NCBI GenBank assembly: GCA_963693365.1
Contig: CAVNZM010000009.1
Coordinates: 10,234,243-10,298,242 of the forward strand
DNA length: 64,000 bases
From: Amoebidium appalachense
Taxonomy: Eukaryota; Protista; Ichthyosporea
Reading direction: 5' to 3'
The notes under the pieces are model-generated. The model was not told the origin of the DNA. It saw only the letters and a list, made by a program, of their open reading frames with translations, and made no database searches. Both the position numbers and the translations under genes were made by a program. Of the stretch, positions 20,758 to 36,165 are shown piece by piece; position 1 is the stretch's first letter; each line of letters opens with the position of its first letter.

Positions 20758-22732
20758 GCTGGGCCTCCGGCAATGTCCACGCAATAAAAAGTGTGTAAAC
20801 CCCTGCTATTAAAGTGCCAAGGATATCTAAGCATGAAAATCTGAGATTACTGCTCTGTGGGGACTCATAAGGCGGTGCTCTATAACCCAATCATATTAGC
20901 ACGTAACCTTCGAAGGAATTATAACCAATCGGATCAGCTCAAACTCGTTTTTTCACATTCCACGATAGGCGTCGCGAAAATATATCTTTTTTTTTTTTTC
21001 TTTTTGTGGGGGGCGGAGGACTCAGGGGGCGGGGGGGGGGGGGGGGGGGGATGGGGGGGGGGGAGACTCGGAGGGAGGGGAGGGGGGGGGGGGGAGGGGG
21101 GAAGGGAGGGGAAGGGGGGGGGGGGGGGGGAGGGGAGGGGGGGGGGGGGGGGAGGGGGAGGATGGATGAAACTACATACTGCATGTAAATGCGAAGTTGA
21201 TAAAGAGCTACATTTCCAGGGAGGTTACACTTCCACAACTGTTGGGGCTTTGAGGTGAATTAACATGGCAAAAAAAAAAAAATGGCGGGGTCTTCTGTAC
21301 ACTTCTATTCAATCAAAGTCACTTGAATACAATAGCTCGAGCTCCCCTGGGGGACTCCAGGGGCAGGGCCGCGGGGTGCCTGGGTGGGGTCCCCGCCTCC
21401 CCGGCAGGCAGTACATCCAGGCCTCTGACTAGAGCTTGGATATCTGTCTATATTACATATTCCTACGAAAAAGGTTTGGTTGTTGCCAACTTGTTGGGTG
21501 TATCTTCAGCTGCAGGAGTCGACATATTTGTCGGCGAGCTGTGGCTGTGTAGACAGCTGTCAATAATATCTGCGGTTATAAAGGATATAAGGATTGACGG
21601 GGTTTTTTTTTCGCGATGTCATATGAATCAGCACATGTACATACACATGTACATAATTTGTGTTACATATGCATCCATGAAAGTCGACGTTTTCTCATTA
21701 TCGATATCTATTCTCCGTGACAAGGACAAAACAAAAACGCTTCTACCTGTTGACTTACATGTGCATGGCCACGGCTAGTGTATTCTTCAAGCGAAAGGAG
21801 CACATACGTCCTTACATATGATATCGATACATGAACAAATTGTAAATGTTACATAAAGATCGACCTTCTGAGTATTGCGTATGACTGGGAGTCACTTGCC
21901 AATAGCTACCTATAACTCATATGCACACATGTAGTTCAGGCATACGGGGCACCCCAACGTTAACGTTCATCGTTGAATTCGAATGCCATGCCTTTCAAAA
22001 TGAACAAGGTTTGGACAGATGACACAGACATTTGGGTAGATATAGGTGTCATCCGCCCAAGTATTCGCAGCACAGTGTTGGGGAAAAAAATACCCAACAT
22101 CATTTGGCACACATCGGCCGGCTGCTATAAACGTTGCTACATGTGACGATCAACTCTCTCTGCAACTCTTTGCACCGTACTACAGTTACCAGGACAGAGA
22201 GAGATTCATACTATCATCAAATACGAAGGACCACCACTGCGAGCGCTCACATCCGCACCGTGCAGTATCACACTCTTGCTACCCAGGATAACTACACGTA
22301 TTGCACACACCATGCTTCAATATGGCCGTTGCATGTCTCGGGCACTGCAGAGCACCATGGCTTCCAGAGTGCAAGCAGGTATGTTTCAATCCTTCCCCAT
22401 ATGCATGTTGCACCCACACCCCCACCTTAGTTACCTTAATTGGCTGTGATCACCCAAGGGCCGTGCATATATGGCCACCCACACCACCACTCTATGGGCA
22501 AGAATTGTATGAGCGACTCATGATAACCAGTATATATATTAGATACTACAATACTACTATTGAGGGAAGTGAAGTGATACGTATCGATACTTAGAGCGTT
22601 ATTGGCTAAGTAAGGTTGGTACTGAATTCATCGATGCAAGCATGGGCTTACTCTGGCAAATACTGAAAAAAAAGAAGAAGAAAAAAAGGAAAGATGTTTT
22701 GCACATCAGGGCCTCCCCCCCCCCCCCCCACC

Positions 22733-22763
<31 letters not shown>

Positions 22764-23036
22764 ACTAGAACAACAGTCGAATCTGTTTAAAATGAATCCC
22801 CCCCCCCCCCCCCCCCCCCCCCCCCACGGACCTCCTCGAGCTTTCTTCCTAACACCGGTGCAAAATCACCCCTGCTCTTGCGTTTATTCTCCCTATCCAC
22901 CACACACGGCCACTCTACATCACCCCCCCCACCCCCCATCTCTAAATTAAACCCTCAGGGACATCACTACACTAAATTAAAACAAACACCTTGGTCTCCC
23001 CATTTATTAACCTCATTTAATACCTTCCATATATAG

Positions 23037-23662
23037 GCATTTTCAGCACCCTCCAACGTGCAACCCTTGCCAGCCTCGCCACCCACCAGCATCCCCCCTC
23101 CGAACAGATTTCCATCCAAAACCATCTTCACCCCCTCCTTTCCACTGACACACCCATCCAAGCTGAACCCTCCATCACCGCACACGTGTGGAAGCACAAT
23201 CCCCTTATCGCAAACGGTTGTTTGGTGAGCACCCCCGCATTCGCCAACACAAACGGTCAGAGCACAGTGTACAGCACACCATTCAAGATTGAACGCAGAG
23301 AGTTTCAACTGCGTGTGACTGCGACTCCGTGTGTGTGGCAACAGATGGGAGGGGATCCCGTTACCTCCGTCACATCTCTAGATGTGGAGATTGTTGCTCC
23401 TTACTCTACACACAGAGGGAGGGAGTTTGAGTGTGACTGGTTGGAGATTGGAAGGGAAGTGGGTGTGTTGCTTATCGAGGAAGGGAGGGAGAGAGATGTG
23501 GGCAAGTGGGTGCATATGGTGTATGAGAGAACAGGTACACACACTGTCGATAATTGGTGGGGAGGGGAGGCGCAGTCACTGAAGTTTTGGGTTTATGCGC
23601 GAGACCTGGGCCGCGAAGTAAAATACAACAAGTTGTTTGGTGTGGTCCCTAAAACCAACTGA
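23037..23662 (+). CDS. Probable terminal exon of an unknown protein (beta-rich, loosely MATH-like); 1-bp C-run frameshift near 23095 relative to copy B
   Basis: Complex, non-repetitive ORF after a possible acceptor (atatag), conserved in the duplicate at 60465-61070. Confidence 0.4.
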
Positions 23663-24269
23663 AACATGAGCATACCACTTAGCTCGCATAGCTTCTGATA
23701 ACACGATTTAATATGTACATACTGTATTGTGAAGATAAACCGTTATTTTCTGAAAGGATTGTCGGCGTGCACATGATTTCCGTAGAGGATTTCTGGCAAA
23801 ATGCACGTGTAGGCAGGATATGCCATGTTGCAGTTGGAACTGGGCTGGCACCGGTCACATATAAAACCCAAACTACAAGTAATTGCATTAAAACTTAAGA
23901 GATTTCTGTCATACGTATGGACAATGTAGCACCCCTTGCTCCTCCTTGTTATTAACCCCAACCTGATCTCCCTCCCCCCCCCCCCCCCTCCCCACGCGCA
24001 CACAGACACGCCTTTTCAAAAGCACGTTCTTCTGTGTGAGTCGTTATAACTCAATTACAGTTTCTCAGAACACCTTGTCTATCCAACCCTCCCCCCCCCC
24101 CCCCTCCCCCCACCACCACCAAAAAAAAATAAAAAAATAAAAACATAAAAAACCCTAAGGATTGTCTCCCGGGCTCATCGTGTAGTAGCGTCCCAAATAG
24201 ATTTAAGGATATAGGGAATTAAAATCATTTAGCGCTTCCTTCCCCTAACCTATTCGAATCCCCTATAAC

Positions 24270-24830
24270 TCCCCCCCCCTCTCTCTTCCCCCCTCCCTCC
24301 CTCTCCCCCGCTCTCTCTCTCTCTCTCCCTTTCTCCCTCCCCTCCCCCTCCCTCTCTCGCTCTCAGTCTCTCCCTCCCTCCCCACCCCCCTGTCCCTCTC
24401 TTCCTCCCTCCCTCTCTCTCCCTCTCCCTCCCTCCCTCCCTCTCTCCCTCCCTCTCCCTCTCTCTCCCTCTCTCTCTCTTTTCTCTCCCTCTCTCTCTCT
24501 CCCTCTGTCGCTCTCTCTCCCCCCCCCCTCCCCCCCCCTCTCTCTCCCCCTTAATCTCTTAATCCCACTCTGAATCTCTTTCTCCTTTCTCTCCCCTCAA
24601 CACGAAACTCTTCCTCTCTCCCGGGCGTCCCCCCCCTCCCCCCCCCCCCCACCCCTTTCTCTCCCTCGAGCTTCCTCCCCTTAACCCCGCCAACCCCCCC
24701 CCCCCCTCCCCCCCCCCTCCCCCCCCCCCCCCTCCCCCCCCCCCCCTTCTCCCCTCCCCCAGCTCTCCTTCTCAAGTTCTCTCATCCCCCCTCCGAGGCT
24801 CTGTCTCCTTCTCCCCTCTCCCCCCGGCTA
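24270..24830. repeat. ~560-bp polypyrimidine (C/T) tract upstream of the SET gene; duplicate at ~61678-62220
   Basis: Almost exclusively C/T on the + strand. Confidence 0.9.
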
Positions 24831-25212
24831 AAATGGCCAAAGTTCTGGTGTTGAGAGCCTGTTGAACAACCCCGAAACCAGTGCTCGGATTGCGAGATTG
24901 CCATATTTGGGTATAAATGTCGGTTGTTGTTGCCTTTTATAGTAACAATGCACCCAAACAAATATGGAATAAAGCTTTCATGATAAGCACTTCGCTAATT
25001 AGCAAGCAACACACAACTTACTGTCACCGTCTTTGGACACTTCGCAACTGCGTCGTTCAAATTCCCTCCCACTTTAGGTGCTTCCGTGGAAACTTCCAAC
25101 ACTTTTTTTTTCTTTTTCTGTCTATTGTTTTTCTTCCTAACCCACGCCTCTCCACCAAACGACAACATGGTTAAAACCAATAACAAACGCCTGAAAACAG
25201 ACAGCGAAGGTG

Positions 25213-26130
25213 ATGGCCTTCCGGAGGGTGCAATACAGTCTCAGTGATTACGACACCAAGAAGACGTTTTACTTTGTCAAGTATAGAGATGAGCACACAC
25301 ATGCACTTCTTCAAGCGTGGTTTACAGAGGAGGAAAAGGAGTTAATTACTAGGGAGGAAGCACCCGTTCCCTACGGTGTGTCTACTGATGAGCGCACTTG
25401 TAGGTGTCAGTGTTGGGGGTATGTGCACAATCAAATCTCACAGGCATGCAAAAGGGGGATGTGTTACTTTGTCGATTTGGATAACATGGAAACTGTCGAT
25501 GGATTGGTAGTTGCCTTGGGTGTGAGCTCTGCAAGTAGCAGCGGGATTCGGGATGTGATTTCAAGAAAGGTGAAAGAAGGCAAAAGGAGGGAAATTGCAA
25601 ACGAATACGAAAAATCAAGAAAGGAAGGGACGGCAGGAGAGGCGAAAGGGTCTTCGGATTTCTTCGTATACCGTTCGATGATAAATCAGCGGCATGTTTT
25701 TCTGGCAGGAGAGAAAAAAGACAAGACATCATCTTGTTATGTGGCGTGGTTGGGACCTGCTCAGAACGGAAGGATGTACTTTGAAAAGGAGGGAATGCAA
25801 CTTGCTTTGGGAGTTTTTGCAGTGCGAGACATCCCAGAAAACGTTCCTTTGTTTGATTACAAGGGGGTTACCCGCCCGCAAAATGCTCTTGCAATTAACA
25901 TCTATGTTGTAGCAAACACCATCGTTCGTGTGCCCGAAGACATGCCGTTTCGTTACGTTGTCGATGCATCCGAGCCTCAATTCTCATCTATTGGAAGGTA
26001 TGTACAATCGGCCAATGAGCCATGGAAAGCAAATGTGGAGGCGTACACCATGCCATTTTGCCAGCGCATATTTTACTACACGACAAGAGCAGTTAAGGCA
26101 GGCAAAGAGCTGAAGAGTTTATTGCAGTAG
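25213..26130 (+). CDS. SET-domain (PR/SET-like) protein
   Basis: LGVFAVRDIP...DYKG...VDASEPQFSSIGRYVQSA...ANVEA...IFYYTTRAVKAGKEL. The final catalytic Tyr motif is not seen. Confidence 0.8.
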   Translation: MAFRRVQYSLSDYDTKKTFYFVKYRDEHTHALLQAWFTEEEKELITREEAPVPYGVSTDERTCRCQCWGYVHNQISQACKRGMCYFVDLDNMETVDGLVVALGVSSASSSGIRDVISRKVKEGKRREIANEYEKSRKEGTAGEAKGSSDFFVYRSMINQRHVFLAGEKKDKTSSCYVAWLGPAQNGRMYFEKEGMQLALGVFAVRDIPENVPLFDYKGVTRPQNALAINIYVVANTIVRVPEDMPFRYVVDASEPQFSSIGRYVQSANEPWKANVEAYTMPFCQRIFYYTTRAVKAGKELKSLLQ

Positions 26131-26931
26131 TGTGTGTGTGTGTGTGTTGGGGGGAGGGGGGGGGGGGGGAGGGGGGGGGCTTGCAGCTCCAGACAATCAC
26201 ATGGAAACGCACGTACCACCTTCAGATATACGTACTCGTACATACATATTGGTAAGAAAATTAATACAGATAATCCTAGGCAAGGGGATAGGGGGAGGGA
26301 TGGGGCGGTGGTGGTGGTGGTGGTTGGGGGGGGGGGGGGGGGAGGGAGGGTAAATATGCACACATCCCCATGATCAAATAAAGCTACCTCGGGGCCTCTG
26401 GCCCTGGTTAACTAGCAGTATCTATCTCCACCCCCCCCCCCCCCCTCCTCCCGATACCCCCTCCCCTCACTTCAGCCGTGCACAAGGCACCCCGCCCACT
26501 GAAATGGCATAACTATAACGTACCACGTGCACATGTACACTCACCCCACCACCACGCGTCTACACACCCTCACACACACTCACACCACGGGGGGGGGGGG
26601 GGTAGAGGTGCGGACAATTAGGGGTGGTGATCATGAGCGCCAAGAAGTTGAAATGCCACAAATTTATATGAGACACGAAAAACGAAATTATATTCCTGCT
26701 TTTTCAAAAAAAAATAATAAAAACAGATACTTCAAACTTTTTGGATTCAGTTTATTCGTGCGGTGCGCACAGGCAGATGCTTTACGTATATATAGTATCG
26801 TTAGAGGGGTTCCTGTATACTGTATACCTCCACAAAATAACGGTGTTGGGATTACACCCGAGTGGGCCGGGTTTTGAGAGAGAAAGGCAGAGGGGGGCCG
26901 GGGGGAGGGGGTGGGATATGGGGTGGGGTGT

Positions 26932-26986
<55 letters not shown>

Positions 26987-27713
26987 TTTTTTTTCTTCTT
27001 TCCCCCCCTCTCATACACAGATGTATGCATGCATGTGCAATGGAAAATATGACGGTTCACGTTATTCTTTATACCCAACACGATTGCTCCGTGGGCTGTT
27101 AGCAAGGCCTCCTATATACCAGCATTATTCCCATTATATATAGCTGCCACGCTGTTTTGGAGCCTATTTATGATTAAAAGCGTTTATTAATTATTATTAT
27201 TATTATTAAATAATAGTACATGAAAGTGCATTAACATTAGAATGAAAGTTTATAATACAACATCAAATACCACATCCGCGGTCTCAGACCAGTTGAGGGG
27301 ACTTTCGAAGCCCTCCCAGCAACGCAATAATTGTTTGATATATACTCGTAACTCGTACCCTATTTTCCCAACTCATATCACACAAAAATTTATAACATAA
27401 CTAAGAAAGTAGGAATATAGCACATTGATTATAAACGTTTTAATGTTACATAGAAATTAGTAACAACGATAAAGACACGTGCAACACACGTGCAATACCC
27501 ATCTGGCCTAAACTTCGGGGACATAAAACGGCAAAACCATATCCATCCGAATATCCGTCGTCACAAAGTTAAACCAACATGTGGCTCACGAACCAATGGA
27601 AATCAGCGGTTATTTGCTTCGCAGGCCAAATATCCAATCACCAAGCTTGTTTGGCTGGTTGTTTACCATCAGCCAACCAAAACCGTTCTGTCCCTTTTCA
27701 AGCACCGTGGGCG

Positions 27714-27844
<131 letters not shown>

Positions 27845-28050
27845 GGGGAGGGGAGAGGGGGAGAGGTTGGGGGGGAGGGGGAATAGTAGTTTAGTACACA
27901 GTACAGGGGTCACTCACTATTAAGATAACAGGTAAATACGGTTTAGAGTCTAAAACCGTAAGGTTTCTCGGCCGTAGGGTTCATTATCTTATCCCCCCCC
28001 CCCCCCCCCCCCCCCCCCGGCCCACCCGCTTGCCCCGCCCGGCTGCCCCA

Positions 28051-28280
28051 GTCATGTGGGTCCTTCTTCTGGGCTGCGGGGGTTTTTTTTTTTTTTTTTT
28101 TTTTTTCCCCTGGGGGGGGGGGGGGGGGGGGGGGGGACACGCACACAGTGCACCGTGACACGGATACACGGAGACACCCACACACCCACATTGTGATACA
28201 CACGTGCACACACACACACCCCAAGTGTAGACGAGCACACAATCCAAATGAAAAAAGACAAATGAACACATTCTCGCACA

Positions 28281-28312
<32 letters not shown>

Positions 28313-28372
28313 CAAAAAAAAAAAAAAAAAAAAAAAAAAAGCCTACCCGCCCATAAAAAGGACCCACAGGAC
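28051..28372. repeat. Foldback/MITE-like inverted repeat
   Basis: 28051-28074 and 28349-28372 are 21/24 reverse-complementary, continued inward by TnGn versus CnAn runs. Confidence 0.55.
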
Positions 28373-28448
28373 AGGGTGGGGGGGGGGAGGTTGGGAGAAG
28401 ACGCACACAAACACGTGCAACGTCACACCGACACACAATTTCATTGTG

Positions 28449-32009
<3,561 letters not shown>

Positions 32010-32253
32010 TGGCATCGTTTGCATGCCCAAACAACACACACACACACCAGTTTAAACGGTCATGTATCGCCAAATGTAGTTTGATAGACCACATAATACC
32101 GCAACACACACACGTCACATTCACAACAGACACCCAGAAAGATAGCCTACCTGTAAATTACAACATCCTTGATTTTATACTAAACACGCGTAACTACGAC
32201 CTGTTTATTAGATGTATTGATTGGCTTGAGAAACACATCACTACAAAATTCTA

Positions 32254-32285
<32 letters not shown>

Positions 32286-32314
32286 CCAGCTGATACCGAG
32301 TGTCCCAGGGGAGC

Positions 32315-32345
<31 letters not shown>

Positions 32346-32346
32346 C

Positions 32347-32382
<36 letters not shown>

Positions 32383-32442
32383 TGACGCGGAACCCCAACT
32401 AATTGGTTTTTCTTAGTCTTTAGTAGAGAAAGAAAACCCTGA

Positions 32443-32710
32443 TTGATATCATATCACCCGACATCTATGTACGTGATCTTGATATACCGCTGAGGGGATA
32501 TTCCGAACTATAACCCCCCCATACCTGAGACCGGTTTCTCTTTGCCTCGAGTAAACAGCGTACACCCCCACCCTGAGGCCTGATATATAGTCATCACCCG
32601 ACATCTATGTACGTAATCTTGATATACCGCTGAAGGGATATTCCGAGCAAAAACCCCCCATGCCTGAGACTGGTCTCTCTTTGCCTCGAGTAAACAGCGT
32701 AAACCCCATA
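32443..32710. repeat. Two diverged ~140-bp tandem units; related sequence at ~43645-43722
   Basis: Repeated cacccgacatctatgtacgt...ttgcctcgagtaaacagcgt. Confidence 0.8.
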
Positions 32711-33585
32711 CCACTTCGGGAACGGCTAGTGGAGAAGTCTTGCATGATAGAAGAAAAAAGAAAAAGAAGAAGCACTCTGCACACCCAGGGGGAGATTGTT
32801 TATGACATGTACACCACGGGTGGCTGTCAGCTCCACACCTCTGCAGTGATGAAGGGAACACACTCGCACACTCACTTTCTTTTGTCTCTCTAGGCCCACT
32901 CCCATCTCTTCTTCCCGGCTCTCGATCCTTCTCCCTCCTCTCGTTGTCAATAATTAGTCGAGCAACCTGTCTAACTTTCGAACGACTTCCTTTTTGGTGC
33001 ATTTATAAACAGGGTAACGCCTTCTTATTTACTTCGGGCCCCACACAGAGTAGGTGTCTCTAATTGCTGTGCCTGCCTCTCGTGAGCAGGTATGTTTGTG
33101 CGCTTCTACGTGTGTGCTCTCGTGTGACACGGTTTTTGTGCGCGACAGACTGTCTGTACGGTTTGCGTGTGTGTGTACCTGGCGAGGGATACGTGTGTGT
33201 ACGGTTCGTGTGCCTGTCTGTGTGCACGTGTCGTTTGTCTGTATATGCAATCACGATAAGTGCAGAGCACTAATTCTACGTGCATGTGTGCATTCCTGGG
33301 TCTAGCAGACACTATAGCTCATCCACTCGTAAAAACTGAGCCTAGCTCTCGCTAATAGCCTGCCTTGCGTAAGTGTTGCATTCCAATCAGATTCTCAGCT
33401 TCAACCTGACTGCTCTTCCGTGAGAGTTTATCTGTGTGTTTGGGCTGTGCGGCAAAACCAATTGTGTAGGTGGGGTACCGAAAGTCAATTGCTATAATCG
33501 TTCTGATAGTTGTGGTGTTTTTGGTAACAAGGTACCTGTGCTTGTCTGTGTGCACCTTCAAGCCCCCCCCCCCCCCCCCCCCCCC

Positions 33586-36165
33586 CACATACATCTTCAC
33601 CGTTTTGCTCACCTTGCTTGCATAAGCAACCCTGCTCGTCTTTGATCAAGACGGGTTGACCCACCCAAGTTCAGTTGATGCTGCTGTCTGAGTTGGAGCG
33701 TCGTATATACGCGGGCTAAGGGGTCGAAACTCAGACGCAATTGATGACTTGGGCCCTCCCTGAGGATGGGCTCTGCTTATGACGCATACTGTGCGCATGG
33801 CTGATGCTGCATACTTGAATGTTTGCCTTTGCATGTGTCCTGCACCATGCTTCTCATCGTGTATGCGTACTTCGTACTGTGTTCCGCATTCAAAACCCCC
33901 CCTGTCTTCTTTCAGAGGTGTCCTTTCAGGACAGACCACTGTGTGGAGACATCTTTACTTCCATGCAACCGGGCATGGTTGCTCTGTGTCGTGCATCTGT
34001 AAGCACATACGCGTTTGTCGCTGCACTGCATTAGTTTGCACATACATCTTCACCGTTTTGCTCACCTTGCTTGCATAAGCAACCCTGCTCGTCTTTGATC
34101 AAGACGGGTTGACCCACCCAAGTTCAGTTGATGCTGCTGTCTGAGTTGGAGCGTCGTATATACGCGGGCTAAGGGGTCGAAACTCAGACGCAATTGATGA
34201 CTTGGGCCCTCCCTGAGGATGGGCTCTGCTTATGACGCATACTGTGCGCATGGCTGATGCTGCATACTTGAATGTTTGCCTTTGCATGTGTCCTGCACCA
34301 TGCTTCTCATCGTGTATGCGTACTTCGTACTGTGTTCCGCATTCAAAACCCCCCCTGTCTTCTTTCAGAGGTGTCCTTTCAGGACAGACCACTGTGTGGA
34401 GACATCTTTACTTCCATGCAACCGGGCATGGTTGCTCTGTGTCGTGCATCTGTAAGCACATACGCGTTTGTCGCTGCACTGCATTAGTTTGCACATACAT
34501 CTTCACCGTTTTGCTCACCTTGCTTGCATAAGCAACCCTGCTCGTCTTTGATCAAGACGGGTTGACCCACCCAAGTTCAGTTGATGCTGCTGTCTGAGTT
34601 GGAGCGTCGTATATACGCGGGCTAAGGGGTCGAAACTCAGACGCAATTGATGACTTGGGCCCTCCCTGAGGATGGGCTCTGCTTATGACGCATACTGTGC
34701 GCATGGCTGATGCTGCATACTTGAATGTTTGCCTTTGCATGTGTCCTGCACCATGCTTCTCATCGTGTATGCGTACTTCGTACTGTGTTCCGCATTCAAA
34801 ACCCCCCCTGTCTTCTTTCAGAGGTGTCCTTTCAGGACAGACCACTGTGTGGAGACATCTTTACTTCCATGCAACCGGGCATGGTTGCTCTGTGTCGTGC
34901 ATCTGTAAGCACATACGCGTTTGTCGCTGCACTGCATTAGTTTGCACATACATCTTCACCGTTTTGCTCACCTTGCTTGCATAAGCAACCCTGCTCGTCT
35001 TTGATCAAGACGGGTTGACCCACCCAAGTTCAGTTGATGCTGCTGTCTGAGTTGGAGCGTCGTATATACGCGGGCTAAGGGGTCGAAACTCAGACGCAAT
35101 TGATGACTTGGGCCCTCCCTGAGGATGGGCTCTGCTTATGACGCATACTGTGCGCATGGCTGATGCTGCATACTTGAATGTTTGCCTTTGCATGTGTCCT
35201 GCACCATGCTTCTCATCGTGTATGCGTACTTCGTACTGTGTTCCGCATTCAAAACCCCCCCTGTCTTCTTTCAGAGGTGTCCTTTCAGGACAGACCACTG
35301 TGTGGAGACATCTTTACTTCCATGCAACCGGGCATGGTTGCTCTGTGTCGTGCATCTGTAAGCACATACGCGTTTGTCGCTGCACTGCATTAGTTTGCAC
35401 ATACATCTTCACCGTTTTGCTCACCTTGCTTGCATAAGCAACCCTGCTCGTCTTTGATCAAGACGGGTTGACCCACCCAAGTTCAGTTGATGCTGCTGTC
35501 TGAGTTGGAGCGTCGTATATACGCGGGCTAAGGGGTCGAAACTCAGACGCAATTGATGACTTGGGCCCTCCCTGAGGATGGGCTCTGCTTATGACGCATA
35601 CTGTGCGCATGGCTGATGCTGCATACTTGAATGTTTGCCTTTGCATGTGTCCTGCACCATGCTTCTCATCGTGTATGCGTACTTCGTACTGTGTTCCGCA
35701 TTCAAAACCCCCCTGTCTTCTTTCAGAGGTGTCCTTTCAGGACAGACCACTGTGTGGAGACATCTTTACTTCCATGCAACCGGGCATGGTTGCTCTGTGT
35801 CGTGCATCTGTAAGCACATACGCGTTTGTCGCTGCACTGCATTAGTTTGCACATACATCTTCACCGTTTTGCTCACCTTGCTTGCATAAGCAACCCTGCT
35901 CGTCTTTGATCAAGACGGGTTGACCCACCCAAGTTCAGTTGATGCTGCTGTCTGAGTTGGAGCGTCGTATATACGCGGGCTAAGGGGTCGAAACTCAGAC
36001 GCAATTGATGACTTGGGCCCTCCCTGAGGATGGGCTCTGCTTATGACGCATACTGTGCGCATGGCTGATGCTGCATACTTGAATGTTTGCCTTTGCATGT
36101 GTCCTGCACCATGCTTCTCATCGTGTATGCGTACTTCGTACTGTGTTCCGCATTCAAACCCCCCC
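33586..36165. repeat. 453-bp tandem array, ~5.7 near-identical units (starts 33586, 34039, 34492, 34945, 35398, 35850)
   Basis: Exact periodicity, also visible in the ORF track. Unit 5 is 1 bp shorter in a C-run. Confidence 0.97.

Larger units (their letters stand above)
92..20803 (+). mobile_element. 5'-truncated non-LTR (LINE-like) retrotransposon carrying nested Copia, Gypsy and mini-LTR insertions; own sequence is 92-1497, 8633-9575 and 20763-20803
   Basis: Flanks 1-91 and 20804+ are nearly contiguous (4 bp apart) in the paralogous empty site at 58098-58188/58193+. The RT frame is open from the junction at 92 (RKIDRGDH...FYGTLF). AATAAA lies near the 3' end (~20783). No poly(A) tail and no TSD. 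Confidence 0.85.
20804..26588 (+). repeat. Segmental duplication copy A (with 1-91); paralog at 58098-63988
   Basis: Collinear near-identity at an offset of ~37.4 kb; similarity stops at cacaccac (~26588/~63988). Confidence 0.95.

Noticed and set aside
22145-22378. Possible BTB-like exon upstream of the 23-kb exon
   Set aside because: There is an open frame and a GT donor, but similarity is too weak and no clear acceptor or start was found.
24148-24270. Telomeric repeats (aaccctaa, ccctaacc)
   Set aside because: Only isolated single units, no array.
33686-33740. Type III hammerhead in the 453-bp unit (GTCTGAG...GAAACTCAGAC)
   Set aside because: The core reads CTAAGGG instead of CTGANGA and stem II is absent.
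33586-36165. CRISPR array or rRNA/snRNA repeat
   Set aside because: No unique spacers and no recognisable 5S, U-snRNA or SRP motifs; the context is eukaryotic.
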